NCBI GenBank assembly: GCA_009103225.1
Contig: RHPI01000777.1
Location: forward strand, 216,969 to 274,237
From: Chlorokybus atmophyticus
Lineage: Eukaryota; Plantae; Mesostigma and Chlorokybus algae
Length of the DNA: 57,269 bases
Direction: 5' to 3'
A program made the position numbers and the translations under genes. Shown one piece after another: positions 24,309 through 36,388 of this stretch. How positions within the stretch are numbered: the first letter of the stretch is position 1; each line of letters starts with the position of its first letter. The notes below the pieces were generated by a model. The model had not been told where the DNA came from, made no database searches, and worked only from the letters and a program-made list of their open reading frames with translations.

Positions 24309-27213
24309 GTGGGATCAACCCTTTGGAAACTGCGCTAGTGACATTGATCTGCTCTTTTATACATACGACCCTTTTAGAGTCCTGCAGTTTATTGGTGGCG
24401 ATGACTCAATCAACGTTGGTGGCGACCTGATTGCGGTACGCCAGCCGCTGTTGAGTGGGCTTGTTGAACAACTTTGTGATGCGCTGACTAAGTTTTCTGC
24501 AGAGATTCACACTGGACAACATTGGCAGCATTTATGATAATTATGCCTACCTCGCAATTAGGCACTTCAGTGGACCAGCACCACACCATGTTCAGTACGT
24601 TGACTTTGGGTCGTACGGACCATTGGAGTACATCACCAACTCTGCAGAATCCTTCGGTCATGCACAGGCCCGTGGTTGCTTCTCCACCGCCGCTGCATAG
24701 TAAGAAGTAGTGGGCATGGTCACGACCTGCTTGATATTGAACCAGTTGATTAGAGCAAAGATGATTCTCTGTTTGTAAACAGCTATAAGAAAACGCCACC
24801 ATTTGGGTTACTGCCACTGTTGTGGAGGACTTCAGCTCCGTTGGTGGTACGGCCATACTCTTTGATCCCCCGGGCACAAGGTCAGTCCGTGCAGCATAAC
24901 AGTACATTGCTCTTCCCGCGCATTATGATGCCTGAAATCTGACACGTCCCTCAGATGCAGGCTGGCAAAGCCTGTCATCCGTCTCAAGCCTGATGCAACC
25001 GCCCCTGATGAGTGTCTACTGGCGCAAACCGACTCTACACACATGAGCACATGCGTGTGCGTGCGAATGCGCATCGCACAAATACACGCATTTGTGTCAC
25101 ATACATGGCATTGCCTTTGCCTTTCTGCTGCACGTGCGCGCACGCAATTTCAAACCAACTCTACAAACACGAGCGTTCGGGCTTGCGCATGTGCCCACGT
25201 CTAGGGTCAGTTTCATGCATGCGCACATGCCACAGCCATCTTGCAGCATGCATACGTGCACAATCCGACCCTACAAGAGCACATGCACATTCGCACACGC
25301 CACTGTCACAGCAATGCCGCTTGCTGCATGAATGCGCACATGCACGCCAAAAACATCTTCCAATCGACTCCATGTAAGCATACGCACGCGCATGCGCATA
25401 CATCGCGCACACTCCACTGTCATGATGTTGCCTGCACACATGCGCGCGGGGCACACACATGCGCGCAGGCAGGCACACACGCACACATGTGTTCGCGCAC
25501 ATGCGCATGCACGCATACTGTCACAGTATTGCTGCGCTTGCTAATCTGCGGTTTGCTACAGATGGTACAGACACGACTTTCTTCGGTCAGGACAACGATG
25601 CAAACAACTTCCCCAACTTTTTCGGCACCTCAGCAGCAGGTGATATATGCGATGTGGTGTCGTATGGCAGTTGTGCTAGCTATCGACAGCTCTGAACCTG
25701 TACACACTTGCTGTGCAGCTCCACATGCGGCGCTTTGGCAGCGCTTCTGCGCCAGGCCAACCCGAGTTTGACTCCCGACCAAGTGTACAATATCCTGAGA
25801 CTTACTGCTGATGACATGAACAATCCATACACCTCTGGGTTTGACTTTGGCTTCGACTTTTCCACTGGGTGAGTAAGACATTTCATAGTCTTTGTGCCGC
25901 TATCTTGTCGAAAGTCTACACCTGTTGTCACTTACTTTGAGACTTGTGCAGGTACGGTTTTGTCAATGCCTTGACCGCATACACGGCCGCCAAATGCCGC
26001 ATTGCATGCGGGACGACCACCGTGACATGGCCATTCTATCTTGATCCCGGGTGCGGTCCGCAAGGGTTCCAGCTGACCTGCAACTCAGGGGTGCTGAGCT
26101 ACGCCACACCTTCCGGGACCTACCAGATTGCGCCACCCCTTCGCACAGACTACTTGCTGCTGCCGAGCGCAGTCACTACGCAGCTAACCGCGAACGGCTG
26201 CCCACCGGCAGCACCTTAAAGGGCTTCTCCACCATCGGCACGCCATTCAACATCAGCGGAAGCAATATGGTCATGGGCTATGGTAACAATGTGAAGGCAA
26301 GCTTCACCACCTACAGTGCGAACAATGCTCAGATCAGGACTGCCAGCTGCACGACCAGCAACACCAACGTGCCAACCTACTGCAACGGCACACGGTGCTG
26401 CTCGATGCCTCCAAGCCAGGCCGCCTTCCGCATCGCCTTCTCCAGCTCTGGTGGCTGCGGCGGTGCGGATATTTAGTGGCCTGCAGCAGTGAAGACCACA
26501 CCTGTCACCCCGGCCAGCGCCAAAGTCAACTATTTCCTGCGCTTGGACTTCACCGCACCACCTAGGTGCGTGCTGCTTTTATACACTGGCACTCTCGGAA
26601 AGACGTCTTTGCAGCCCAACCAGTGCTGTACCAGTAGCTTACACACAAATTCCATCAGGCCAAAAAGCACGCAAGGTTGTCCCGCAGCCATCTGGTCTGC
26701 ATCATCTTACACGTGCCGCTGGCCCTACAACCTGCCACGCACAACAACGCTCAGAGATGCTTTTGCGAGCACTGCAGCTAACAAGGCCATTGTGGACTCA
26801 CGCTTCCCCTCCTCGACCACGCTGCAGCAAGCATTGACTTCCACTGGACGAGCGTGGTAAGTGTCCTCATCAGTGCCAGTTGCGCTTCACTGCATCTGCA
26901 GAAACTCTCTTTGACTTGTCTGCCTGTGTGTGTACAGTATGCCACACTGGGGAGTCCAGGCAGTAGTGGCATTGCTCAACGCTTAGCAGATACGTTACCC
27001 GCTGTACATTAGCAAAGTCCAGACGCAGTTCCAGGCTGCATTGAAATCCATTGGAGACCGTAAGTGGTCGTTGCGCCTGGGTTACGCCTGCAACACTGCA
27101 TAGTCATCATCAGCTGACATGGTGTGCTTGGCTTGTGTTGTGCAGCTATCGCGCTCATCAGCATATTCATGAGGAACAATGTAAACAAGTGGCGCCCGCT
27201 CACCATATGCTAA
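22352..27213 (+). pseudogene. Secreted S8/S53-like serine peptidase fused to a WAK galacturonan-binding-like domain and a PDF1-like C-terminal domain; disabled
   Basis: Peptidase motifs SQGDKAM...GAGVKVGVLSDSY, DEGRAMLQL|VHDVAP, WDQPF, FGHA, NFFGTSAA|APHAAALAALLRQANP, TGYGFVNA. Then CRIACGTTTVTWPFYLDPGCGPQGFQLTCN, then QGCPAAIW...TTLRDAF...TLQQAL...AVVALLNA...YP...VQTQFQAAL...IFMRNN. Lesions: in-frame stops (about 23559, 23593, 26982), frameshifts and mutated splice sites. Confidence 0.8.
24141..24305. repeat. Assembly gap (90 N) followed by (TC)n microsatellite inside a peptidase intron
   Basis: N at 24141-24230, then about 37 TC units ending in the acceptor CTGCAG before WDQPF. Confidence 0.95.
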
Positions 27214-28588
27214 GGCGGTTATGCAATATGCCGACCAAAACTATGTTTCATCCATACTTCCTCTTGCAAAGCAAGCTATGCGGCAAAAGTAGGACACAGA
27301 TAGTAGATCAATAAGTTGTGGGATGTCGCTGAGCAACCAGTTTTGTTCAGTTGGACCACACGTTGAATACAGTGAAAGTGATCGGTTTGTCCCATGCGGA
27401 GTGTTCACCTGTCCAACATTGCTAAATAACCTCGACATGGTTGTCAATGAAACTTGTCACATAGCAAGACAACGGTTTGCTGTGGTCGTGCTTGCCAAGC
27501 ACTGTTTGTGGCAGTGACGGCATAGCAGGAACCTGTGAACACAGCTGCTCTTATATAGCATATACCTGTTGGATTGAGGAAAGTTGTGCATATTCTGTGC
27601 GTGCGCAGGGGTTTTGCACTGCCAAGGTCGCAGTTACACTACTTGCAGTTTACTTGATTTGTATTTGAGTGGTTGCATGGTGCAAGTAGTCCTGTAGATA
27701 CCCGCTCACCATAGGCAGGCCGTAGATTTGCAGGAGTTTTAAATGTTCACCAGGACCTCTGTCACCTTTTGGTAGGGACGCCTGCTGCCGCGCATCCTCT
27801 CTGCACTGTTCCATCGTCGCATTGGGATCTCTGCAAATGAAATTGAAAATCGCGGGAAGTTGTTGATGTATAGCGCTGCACTAGTACATGCACCAACAGT
27901 ACGCAAAGACCACATTTGTAGCAACGCATATCGCTCTTGCAGCAAACAACTCTCGAAGTACCTCATACGGAAACAAGCAGCAAAGGTTTTGGCAGGCGCG
28001 CAAGCCATATTGCACGTATACTTGTACCCATCAACACGACTACCTCTCAACAAACTGCTCAAGACCATACACAGCCCACAACGGCAACAAGGCAAGTTGC
28101 TATTTTATCAAGTGCCCAGTGTTAGAAGAAAGAACACGATGGTAAGTGCACAGGTTGTACGCAGCTGTGAGCTTTACGTGACTGCTCGTTGGCTTTACAT
28201 TATAAAGCCAACGAGTAGTCAGGTAAGCACACACGAGCAGCTTCACGGGTGTGTTTGTGTGTAAGCAAAGACGCCAGCTGTGCCTGCGTGCGAGTTTGCG
28301 ACCGTTACCCGAGCGCAGGGCCACGGTTGATTTGCTTCTTCTCCTCTTGCATGCCCGCAAATCCCGCCGCCGCCGCCACCTTACAGACAGTTCATGTGAG
28401 GGAAGCTGCTCTCAACATACGTGAGGGAAGCTACTCTCAACATGCAAGTCACTGCAGGCTTGCGCACTGCGGCGCTTTGCTCAATGGCACGGCCGGGCAT
28501 CCGCCTTGCATTTGATGTTCAACGCATTGCCAAGGTTGGCTCGAAGTAGGTAAATCGGGACACAAAAGGGGGAAACTCGGGTCGGAAC

Positions 28589-28822
28589 TGTCGGGTCGGG
28601 GGAAGTCGAGGGTCACATTATCTCGGGCCGCTGCAGGGAAAGTCATGCTTGCTAGCCCTGCTGCTGCAACATGTTATAACATGTGGCAAAAGTAAAAGAT
28701 AACCCAGCTTGTATGGCGAGGAGTGCTTGGTGGAGCTGCTCTACTGTTGCTGAGTCACACGGACATGTGGAGGCGGTGTCCTCCTTAGTGTACATGCTGT
28801 GCTGTAGGATACACAGTCAACA
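28589..28822. repeat. Terminal repeat B, copy 1 (TGTCGG...TCAACA)
   Basis: About 90% identical to 29061-29291; contains the palindrome ACATGTTATAACATGT. Confidence 0.85.
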
Positions 28823-28831
28823 AGCCGACGC

Positions 28832-29058
28832 TATTTCCACAGCAATTGTCACTCGATACAGAACACAACTGATAACTGAACTCCCAAATGAACGGCTACG
28901 CGCGGCGCCTATGTAGGCTATGGTCGTGAGCTACCCTGAAGTCATGACCTAGCTACTGGTCGGGGACACGCGCGCGCTGGTATGTTGGTAGGCCGGGCGA
29001 CGGTTTTGATGTACACATGCCCGATGAAGGCTGGTATGTGTGGGCACTAGGCATGACA
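28832..29058. repeat. Terminal repeat A, partial copy matching the outer 227 bp of the 5' LTR
   Basis: About 92% identical to 43815-44040; both end ...GCACTAGGCATGACA. Confidence 0.85.
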
Positions 29059-29060
29059 GC

Positions 29061-29291
29061 TGTCGGATCGGGGAAAGTTGAGGGTCACACTGTCTCGGGC
29101 CGCTGCAGGGAAAGTCATGCTTACTAGCCTTGCTGCAACATGTTATAACATGTGGCAAAAGTAAAAGACAACCCAGCTTGTATGGCGAGGAGTGCTTGGT
29201 GGAGCAACTCCACCGTTGCTGAGTCACATAAACATGTGGAGGCGGTGTCCTCCTTAGTGTACATGCTGTGCTGTAGGACACACAGTCAACA
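29061..29291. repeat. Terminal repeat B, copy 2, adjacent to the polypurine tract
   Basis: Direct repeat of 28589-28822, followed by AGCCACCCCCC (PPT on the - strand). Confidence 0.85.
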
Positions 29292-29369
29292 AGCCACCCC
29301 CCTGAGCTATTGGGGAGGTTCCAGCTCCAGAGCTCTAGAGCTCAGCTAACGCAGGTGAGGAGGACTGTT

Positions 29370-30750
29370 GGTGCGGCAATCGTCGCACCAGTACTCCTCC
29401 ATGGGTTTTGCGTCCAATGGGGGCTACAGACAGTAGCAATGCAGGCCCTTGTTGCAGCCATCGCAGAGCATCACGAGTGCGTCATCGCTGGTGCTGCCGC
29501 AGCGTTCACAGCGTGTGCTGCGGGAGGGGCGAGGGTGCTGGATGCGCGCGAAACCTGCTATGTAAGGGAGGTGACATGGCGCGCAGTTCACCATGTTGTC
29601 TTTCAACCTCTCGCTATTCTGACCAAGAAGGTCCAGCACTTTTGTGGGGTACACCTTGAGTACCTGGCAGACGGTGCGGCCCACGGAGGTGTCGAGCGTG
29701 TTCTTGGTGGCTGCCACGCGGTAGGCAAAGTCACCTGCTTGAAACCGCCGTTGGCGCTCCTTGTAGAAACCGCTTCGCACGCGCTCGTAGCACAGGGTGT
29801 CACGGTGCTGTGCAATGCGCAGGTTGTGGAAGGCCATCGGGACGGTGTGCTTAAAAAGCGTGGCGCGTGTGGTAATGTCGTGGTGCATCCGGTTGGGATT
29901 GTTGAGGTTATTTACCACACGGTCTACTTCCTGCTGTGCACGAAAGGGAAGCAACGGCGGACGCCCGAACATCAAGTAGTATAGGCTGTACTCGCGCAGA
30001 GCCGCCTGCTTCGACCATCGGTAACCAAGAGCCACCCACGGAAGGTGGTGGTCCCAGGTGGTCTTCTCATAATCGAGCACGTACTTGCGGAGTGCCTTCT
30101 TGATAGTCTGTACCGTCTACTCGGTGAGACCGTCGGCTTGAGGGTGGTCACGCGAAGTACGGCGAAGATCGATGTAGCATCTGTCCAGCAGGGTGTCGAA
30201 CTCCCCTCTGAACTCAGTGCCCTGGTCGATGATGACCTCAGCGCACCTGCCGAACCGGCTGAGGACATGGGAGAGGAAAGCTTGAGCCATCCCCCTGCTG
30301 CTCTTGTCGAATAATGGCACCAGCTCCACCCATTTGGAGAAGTGCTCGATCATGACAAGGATGTAGCGGTTGCCCCGCGCCGAGGGTGCCAAGTCTCCCA
30401 AGATGTTGAGTCTCAAGCAACAGAATAGCCCAGAGATGGGGAGAGGGTGCAAGGTGGCGCTGCGTGTGTTGAGGCTGGCGCGTACCATGTCACACTGCTG
30501 GCAGCGACTAACGAACCCCTGCACCTGTTTGGACAGCCCATACCACCAATATTGCGCCCTTACCAGGCTGACGGAGACTGACACCGAAGTGTCCAAGCTC
30601 CGTGTGGAGGGCAGCGATGATACCCTCGCGTGTGGCTGATGTTGGCACCTCCTTGTCCTCGTCCTGGACGCGGCGGTACACTTTGTCATCCGCCCACCGA
30701 TAGTGGCGGGTGCGCTGACTGACACGATCTTTCTCTCGTGCACTCATGTT
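29370..30750 (-). pseudogene. Gypsy integrase (HHCC + rve) with C-terminal PHD finger
   Basis: HTELGHFGV...YWW...CQQCD; IEHFSKWVELVPL; IIDQGTEF; HPQADGLTE; then CERCGSTSDDALVMLCDGCNKGLHCYCL*PPL...YWCDDC. Contains stops and frameshifts. Confidence 0.9.
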
Positions 30751-30989
30751 GGAGGGAAGCTGGCCACTTTGAGGGAAGGAGAGTGATGGCTTGTTCAGCC
30801 ATATGTTCTGCCTGGTGTCGGTGGGTGCCAGCTCGGGTGTCGTCGACTTCGATGTCGACCGCGTGGACGTCCCCTAGGGGTGTGGTCAATGTGGGGTCAA
30901 TAGACTCAAGAGCAGGAACCTTCTCTGTCGTTGAGGTGGTGTTGGTCTGGCGCCTTGACCGTAACGCGGCAACAGCAAACATGGCCGCC

Positions 30990-32144
30990 ATGGTGGGAGC
31001 TACTGCTGCGAGGCCGAGCTCGTGCCGAGCTCCGGTTGCATCGTTGGTACTGTGGTGAGGGTTGCGACTGAGGCCGTCATTGTCCTGGTTGGTGAGGCCG
31101 GCGCGGTGGTCGATCTCAAAGTCCTACTCCTGCAGCACCAGGGCCCAGCGAGCAAGTTTCCCTGTCAGATGTTGGTTGGTCATCAACCACTTGAGTGGCT
31201 GATGATCGGTGATCAGCTGGAATTGTCAACCAAAAAGGAAGGGTCTGAAGAAGGAAATCGCCCATACTGCAGCGAGGCACTCCCCCTCGTAGCTGCTGTA
31301 GTTGGCCTCAGCGCTGTTGTTGCTTCGGCTGGCGTACGACACCACCCGCTTCTTCTTGTTCTCATCGTGCTGTACCAGCACAGCCCCCATCCCAAGCTTG
31401 CTCCAGTCGGCGTGGAGGATGAAGGGCTTGTTGTAATTGAGACGTTGCAGGATGGGAGCGGTGGTGAGCCTGCGTTAGCTCCTCAAACGCCTGCTGTTGT
31501 GGCCCCTTCCACGCAAACTCCACCTTCTTCTTCAGGAGCTCGTTGAGGGGTCGCGCGATCTTTGCGAAGTTCTTCACGAACCGGCGATAGTAGTTGGCGC
31601 CCACAAAGGCATGCAGACGCGTAAGGTCTGTGGGAGCCGGGATAGCCGCCAAAGCCTCCACCTTTGCCTGCTGTACGTACACACCGTGGGGCACAATCAT
31701 GTGCCCTAGGTAGGGTACCTTGCGAGTGAAGACGGTGCACTTGTCGAGGTGCACTGTCATCCCCACCCCCTTGAGTCTTTTCAGCAATTGCTCGATGTGC
31801 TGCAGGTGCTTATCGTTACTGCGACTGAAAATGAGAATGTCGTCAATGTAGCATCGCGCGGAGTTCAGCCCCTTCAAGGCTTTGTCCATGACGCGCTGGA
31901 ACTTGGCAGGAGCGTTCTTCAGTCCAAAGGGCATGACCGTCCACTGGTACAGCTGCCGGTTGCCCCCGAAAGAGGTCTTGTGCTTGTCCTCCTCCTTGAT
32001 GGCGACCTGAGTGTGCCCTTGTCGCATATTCAGAATGCTGAAAACGGTGCAGTCTCCTACACCATCAAGATTACCCTCTGCAGTAGGCATTGAATACCTG
32101 TCTTGTGTGGTCTTGTTGTTTAGGGGGCGATAGTCGCCGCACAT
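30990..32144 (-). pseudogene. Gypsy reverse transcriptase and RNase H
   Basis: RMCGDYRPLN, MPFGLKNAPAKFQR, YIDDILIFS, YLGH; then DWSKLGMGAVL, YASRSN..AE.NYSSYEGECLA.VWA, TDHQPLKWL, LARWAL. Confidence 0.93.
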
Positions 32145-32565
32145 GCGCCGGTCCGTCTACTTGCCTGCTAAATCCTTCTGCCCCCTTTGGGGCATGACAG
32201 TCGCGGCCGCAAAGTCCGATGTGGACTCCTCAATCAGGCCTGCATCGAGCAGAGCCTTGCATCTCCGCTCCACCAAGTCTTCTTCCAACTTGGAGAGTCG
32301 GTACTATCGTCGAAACACCGATTCGGTGTCCACCAACTCGATGTCCATCTGGTCAACTGAGCAAACTCCTAATTCCATTACGCTGAAACTGAGCTAACTT
32401 CTCCACTGGTTGAGGAGAGCCTCCAGTTGTTCTCGCATCTGGCCTGTAGCTAGTGGTCCAATGGCATGGGACCAAGAGGTGGCGTTGGCGACCACTAGGA
32501 TGACCTCCACAGTGACTGCTGCCTGCTCTTTGATATGGGCGATTTCGAGGGCGGTGTGTGCCACT

Positions 32566-33651
32566 TTAGTCTCTTGCACGCGATCGGTCCACCCCCCTGC
32601 TAGGTTCAAGCTCTTGAAAGGACGCATGGCGGTCTTGAAGAGCAAAGCACATTTTCAATAAGCATACCATGCTGTTCTGATCCATGGCGCGTCCCAACAA
32701 TTGACATTGCTGACGGTCGGTCAGCATGAAACCTGTGATACTGCATGGAGAGAAGCCCATGGCGAGTTCGCGCTCACGTGCGTTGGGTTTCTCCAGCTGG
32801 CCTGTGTTGGAAACCAACACCATGCCTGCGCCGTGGTTGCGGAAGGCGTACGATGCTGGGTAGGACACCAGAGTGGGGAGCGCACGAAGTGGTTGATCAG
32901 CCTGGTTGCACTAGTAGAAGTGCTGGTGATCGTGTCGGGTGACTGGTTGTGCTGTTCGACCAGAGTCCAAGATAGCATCGACTGTCAGATTGCGTGAACG
33001 ATTGCTGTGCAGATATTCAGCAGCAATGAGATCTTCGACTGTTTCCAGGTTGGTCCACTTGGCGCGGACGCGATGAGCACGGGAGCCATGTCGCGCTGCG
33101 TTGATTCTGAGAGGATGTCCCGGTAAGGAACACACCTGTCGGAAGCTGTTGCCCACGTGATGGCGCTTATCATCCTCGGAGTGCACATTCTCGATAATGT
33201 ATCCCAGAGGCCTAAACAACTCGCTGCTCTGCAGAATTTTGATGACACGTATCAGTGCTCAGAATAGTTGTGAGCGAGGATCAGTGAGTCCTTGGCTGCT
33301 GCCTGCCCCGGAGTGTCCTTGACACTCCCATCCTGCTATCAGTAGGTCGATGTTGCCCACCGCTAGGAGGTGATCCGCAGTAATTCAACGGATGTCTTGT
33401 GGCAATGCCTTCAGACTGCCTTACAGTGCCGACAGCGGCAGTCGCTGCGAGTAGCAATTGTGTGAGTGGCGCATATGGTGGCCCAGGGCAATCTGTGCGT
33501 GTGGATCAGGGTCATAGTAGAAGTACTTGGTGACCGTCGCGTCGGTGTTGAGAACAGCGGCGAGGCCACTACTTGTTCCTTCAAATAGTTCCAACACGGT
33601 GATGCCTTGTTGTCGCCGTAACACGTGAAACTCCACTACTCCAGTGGCCAC
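32566..33651 (-). pseudogene. Retrotransposon-encoded DNA (cytosine-5) methyltransferase domain (DNMT3-like)
   Basis: Motif I TVLELFEGTSSG; LPQDIR; motif IV DLLIAGWECQGHSGAG...GLTDPRSQLF; motif VI YIIENV; motif VIII region AHRVRAKWTN; C-terminal EKPNARERELAMGF...LLGRAMD. In frame with the protease ORF but carries three stops and a frameshift. Confidence 0.85.
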
Positions 33652-33663
33652 CTGGTGTTGTTC

Positions 33664-34356
33664 CTAGACAGCAGCTTGGTCCTTGTAGAGAGGGAACCGT
33701 GAAGTGAGCCGCGGTCTTGTCAGTGGTAGATGTGCAACCACCTGTGCGCGCCAGCGGCGTTCCGCTGGTTTTGGGTGGGCCACTTCTTCAGTGGCATCTT
33801 CTTGAGACTCGTCGTATGGGATAGGAGAGTCTTGGTCCGAGTTGTGGGTGACCACCGCAGATGATATGTCAATGGTTGTCGAACCCAACATGTGGGTGGC
33901 TATCGCAGCTGACCTGTGAGTGGTTGCCGACAACGACCTGTAGGTGGCTATTGCAGCTGATCTTTGGTGGGAACGAGTGCAAGCCACCAGCTCGGGAGGC
34001 AGATATCCTTGAACCTCTCCGTCCTCCTCATCCCAATGAAGACGAAACCAGGCCTTCTCTGTCCAGCAATCCAGCCTCATGCCAACAGGGAAGTTGAAGT
34101 CCTGTCCCAACAACAGGTCGAAGGATCCTGCGTCGGTGACCACACACTTCTGTATGACCTCGGTGCTGTGGGACGGGTCCACTTTTGTCAAGCAAATGCA
34201 GAGGGCTTGCTTGGTGGTACCGATCACCTTGTCACGGCTGTCGGTTGCGGTGTCGAGCACGTATGGGCACGGCATTAGCTCAGCACTGGTGATGCCAAGG
34301 TTACGTGCGAGGTAACGTCCAATGATGACAGGCTGGGCTCTAGAGTCCAGCATCAC
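33664..34356 (-). pseudogene. Gypsy aspartic protease region
   Basis: VMLDSRAQPVIIG (degenerate DSG motif) and FDLLLGQDF. Confidence 0.75.
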
Positions 34357-36388
34357 CCGCTTGGGTGCTCGTCCATTGATAGTGACATGCTTGCCTTGGC
34401 GATCATGGCTGCGTTGGCGTGGATGCGCAGCCGTTTAAATTGTCGGTAGCGTGTGCGCGGGGTGTCTGCTGCTGCAGTCTCCTCCGGTGGTATCGAGCGC
34501 AGTGCGGCAAGCGCCCCTCGACTAGCTGAGTCTTGAGCACCTCCTTGACCGCGGCTTGGCCCGAACCGTCCTTGCCTTGGCTATTGATAAACACGCTGTG
34601 GCCTGGGTACTGGCGGTGCTGCCTGTGGCTGTCCTGGTTGTGGCGCAGGGGGAGTGCGTCTCTATGTGGCCGGGTCATTCTTGGCGGCGTAGCCAGTGGC
34701 TGTTGGGGAAACCCTGGAGGAACAGGTGTTTGTGGGCCCGCCTCCCGTGCGGTCTGTTCTTCCACTTAAGTCCAACATACTGCATGAGCTGCCTCCCTGA
34801 CCAGTGTACCTTCCCATGTGGCTGTTGGGTTGTTGACCATGTTACTCCAGCGGTGATTCTGAGAGATGAGCTGGAGATACACTGCGCGCAGGAGCCGAGC
34901 CCTCTTATGTCGTGGATGGTGGGAACCCTTAAAATCCCTGCAATGTAGGCATCCCATCTGCCACCTCCAACACCGTTGTTGCTCGCGCCCGCACAGTGAG
35001 GTAAATCTCTGGCTGTTGAACATGCTGCGCATAAGCAGCTGCGATGCGTCTGCGTTGCCGCGCTGCTTCCACCCCTGGCAACCTCAGTATGGCCTCTTGT
35101 GCTCCTTGCAAGGTGTCAGTGGCTGTCGAGGCAACCTCGTCATAGGCTTGCCATAGCGAACGCAGGAAGGCGTCCACCAAGAACAATCTGATGCTGAAGG
35201 CGAACAGGGGAGCTGCAGTGTGATTGGTGACTAGCCAAGTCACCAATCACAGTCTTGCTCGAGCTGCATTACCACCTTCTCGCATCCCCAGCATCCGCCT
35301 CAGGCCGATGCCTTCTTGTCGGTGCAGCATGGTTGCTTGTCGCAACAGGGCAGTACGAAGTTGCTGTTCCTCAATTGAACCTGCTCCATTTTGTTGTGTC
35401 CACCCTTGCGGTGTGAGGTAGCCTCTCCCTGGATCCCGTTGATCTTCATGCAAGTCTTCCAACAAGGCGGGTAGCAGCGGGGCGATCACCACCCTGGTTT
35501 GTTGGGCCAGCGCTCTCGTCTGGTCAATATGGGCCCACCGACGAGAGGTGTCGTACTGGATGATGGGCCAGCGACTGTTGGTTGAAGAACGCCATCGCGA
35601 GCATTGGCAAGGGCGTGCGCTCTTGCGTCGATTGCTGCCGCTTGATCCTGTCGCTGGGTGAATGCCTGTTCTAGCGCGGTGTAGCGCTCATGACATCGAA
35701 CGGCATTGAGGGGCCTCAGTTCTTCGTTGTCACCTAGAGGCATGTCGGCTATGTCAGCGATGTGATGCTGTACATTGGGTTGGCGGTCCCTATACGTGTT
35801 CAGTGGGCTGGGTTCAAAGGGTTCATGACGGACTGGCGCGGGTTAGTGTGGCCGTCTGCATATCGTTATGCAGAGTCAAGAACAACTATAGTGCCAACTC
35901 TAGTACAACAGGTGTTCTGACAACGAAGATACGATCTCGCATGGGAGGTGCTTTGCCGGCAAGGATTTCATTCTCCAGCTGCCGCTGAGTCTGTTTTTGC
36001 AGCGTGTGATATTCAGGTAGTGGAAAGACCAGGTCATTGCGTTCAACGCGTGTTGTGCGCTCCCCTCCGCGCCCAAAAGCAATGGTAGTGGGATCTGCCC
36101 CACGCATGATGGTCTCCCAAGCACGCTCAGCTTGCTGACCTCGCGGGACAGCTTGAGTGACGTCGAGGGCGGGCAACGTAGCTAAGCGTGTCGCTGCAGT
36201 GGCAGCAAGCTCGACGATGGCACCGTGGGTGGTGGCGAGAGTACCGCTCAATGGCGCAAAAGTGGTCTCAACGCTTGCTGACAGAAGTGGTTCTGCAGTT
36301 GGAGCCGGAGTGGTGCGACCTACTGCTGCAGGGTTGGTGACAGTTGTGGCTATCGCCTGCGTGCTCACCAATGTTGGCGCGACGGTGC

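Noticed and set aside
23998-24430. ORFs with long (ER)n or (LS)n runs
   Set aside because: They are translations of an N gap and an intronic (TC)n microsatellite.
24912-25545. His/Ala/Cys-rich ORFs in all frames
   Set aside because: They arise from CA/GC-rich low-complexity intron sequence of the peptidase gene.
27739-28264. Overlapping 60-130 aa ORFs on both strands after the peptidase gene
   Set aside because: No recognisable motif or consistent splice pattern.
28589-29291. B-A-B block as an independent TRIM or as a DIRS/Ngaro tyrosine-recombinase element
   Set aside because: No PBS inside either B repeat and no tyrosine recombinase ORF; the adjacent pol encodes a DDE integrase.
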